DNA of 64,000 nucleotides from an uncultured Armatimonadales bacterium (GTDB lineage: Bacteria > Armatimonadota > Armatimonadia > Armatimonadales > Capsulimonadaceae): positions 12,441-76,440 of the forward strand of contig CAXTER010000010.1 of the NCBI GenBank assembly GCA_964243345.1, in the 5' to 3' direction. The translations under genes were made by a program, and so were the position numbers. Shown here in pieces: positions 62,975 to 64,000 of the stretch (its first letter is position 1; the number at the start of each line of letters is the position of its first letter). Below the pieces are notes generated by a model. That model searched no databases. It was not told the DNA's origin and was given only the letters and a program-made list of their open reading frames with translations.

Positions 62975-64000
62975 TCACAGCCGTGGGTCAACCGGCTCGC
63001 TTTCCAAAGCCAGCACACCGAAGACGCACTCATGGACGCGGCGCAGCGGCTCATGCCGCACGAATCGCTCCAAGCCTTCCACGCCGAGCGCGAACTCCCG
63101 CAGGGCCAGCGACCGTTTTCCAGCCAGCCCGCGCGAGCGCAGGCGCTCCAAGTTTTCCGGAGCCGTGTATTCGGGGCCGTAGATGATGCGTAGGTACTCC
63201 CGGCCCCGGCACTTGACCGCCGGCTGAACCAGGCCGCGCTGCCCCTGCGTGATGAAGTCCAATGGTTTGACCACCATGCCCTCGCCGCCGCGCCCGGTCA
63301 GCTCTTCCCACCACGCAATGCCTGACGCTGCGCTTTCGGCGTCCGTAACGGAAATTGTTTTGCAGGGCGTCGCCAGCAGCAAATTACTTTCGTCTGCCGC
63401 ACATAAACGAGACAACAGAGCCATGTGCCACAAGTGGTCTTTGTCGGTGTGCGCCGCGCCTTCCGACGCCAGCAGGTGAAACGGCGCTAATTTTAGCTCG
63501 GTAAGGCTGTGAACAGGCCAGCAGTAGCGCCGGTAAGCGTCCACGAACTGCCCTGCCATCACCTGCCGCGCCTGGTACTTCGCTAAAATCGGGCCGATGC
63601 CTTCCGTGTGCAGGGCTGCGCTCTCTAGCGCGAGGACTGCGGGCGGAAGCGATGCCGAAGCCGCCGCGCCGACAGCAGCATACTGCTGCTTCAGAAGCTC
63701 CTGCGCTTTGGCGGACCAGGGCATCAGCTCGCAGTCTAAGCACACCCAATCGGTGCCGAGTTCATCCCACAGGCTGCTTTTGTTCAAAGCTGCCCGCACG
63801 GTAGATAGGAACTGCTGCTCTAAAATCGAGTCATCGAAAAACCGGCGTCCGGTGCGGGTGACACAAATACCAATGCCGTCGCCCTCGACGCCGAAGCGAC
63901 GTCGGGCCGCGCCTTCGTCCCGGCAGACAATCACGACTGCCCGCGACCCCATGTGCTTCTCTTCGCAGATGACCGTCGGCACACCCTGGGTGCGGTAGTA
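62975..64000 (-). CDS. pnkp: Polynucleotide kinase-phosphatase (Pnkp), C-terminal ligase-like adenylyltransferase domain; 5' part lies outside the window
   Basis: VICEEKHMGSRAVVIVCRD (nucleotidyltransferase Lys motif as recalled for bacterial Pnkp). The frame stays open to the window edge (..YYRTQGVPTVICEEK). Confidence 0.7.
   Translation of the reverse strand, partial: YYRTQGVPTVICEEKHMGSRAVVIVCRDEGAARRRFGVEGDGIGICVTRTGRRFFDDSILEQQFLSTVRAALNKSSLWDELGTDWVCLDCELMPWSAKAQELLKQQYAAVGAAASASLPPAVLALESAALHTEGIGPILAKYQARQVMAGQFVDAYRRYCWPVHSLTELKLAPFHLLASEGAAHTDKDHLWHMALLSRLCAADESNLLLATPCKTISVTDAESAASGIAWWEELTGRGGEGMVVKPLDFITQGQRGLVQPAVKCRGREYLRIIYGPEYTAPENLERLRSRGLAGKRSLALREFALGVEGLERFVRHEPLRRVHECVFGVLALESEPVDPRL

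Overview
High-GC bacterial chromosomal window, tightly packed. All domain calls come from motif recognition by eye; no searches were run. Hand-counted G+C is about 75% in sampled core genes and 45-50% in four small islets.

Core content, in order:
- A compact exopolysaccharide / PEP-CTERM-exosortase locus (1-9316).
- Two paralogous Ser/Thr kinases.
- nrdR, followed by an intein-containing class II ribonucleotide reductase.
- aspS.
- A csoR-copZ-copA-YHS copper operon.
- A PAS/PP2C phosphatase.
- GH76 and GH30 glycoside hydrolases.
- A DUF1800/DUF1501 pair.
- nadA and nfo.
- An MFS-HEAT fusion.
- An operon encoding two very large secreted proteins.
- The 3' part of a Pnkp RNA-repair gene.

Three things are not explained by ordinary gene content:
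1. Small low-GC gene islets sit exactly between, or overlap, the stop codons of core genes (13039-14128, 24700-27410, 33774-35338, 50685-51220). They carry orphan genes. The most system-like is a 2-TM/GAF-like protein plus 63-aa protein operon next to a stand-alone PBECR-like nuclease. Its right edge is a ~106-bp decayed duplicate of the neighbouring gene's 5' end.
2. At least eleven 80-190-bp nested-hairpin palindromic elements fill most intergenic gaps. Some share ~30-nt terminal inverted repeats or inner GTCCGC-N4-GCGGAC hairpins.
3. One of these palindromes is embedded in frame in a 1202-codon ORF, at the junction of its two duplicated modules.

No rRNA, tRNA, CRISPR array, transposase or integrase was recognised.
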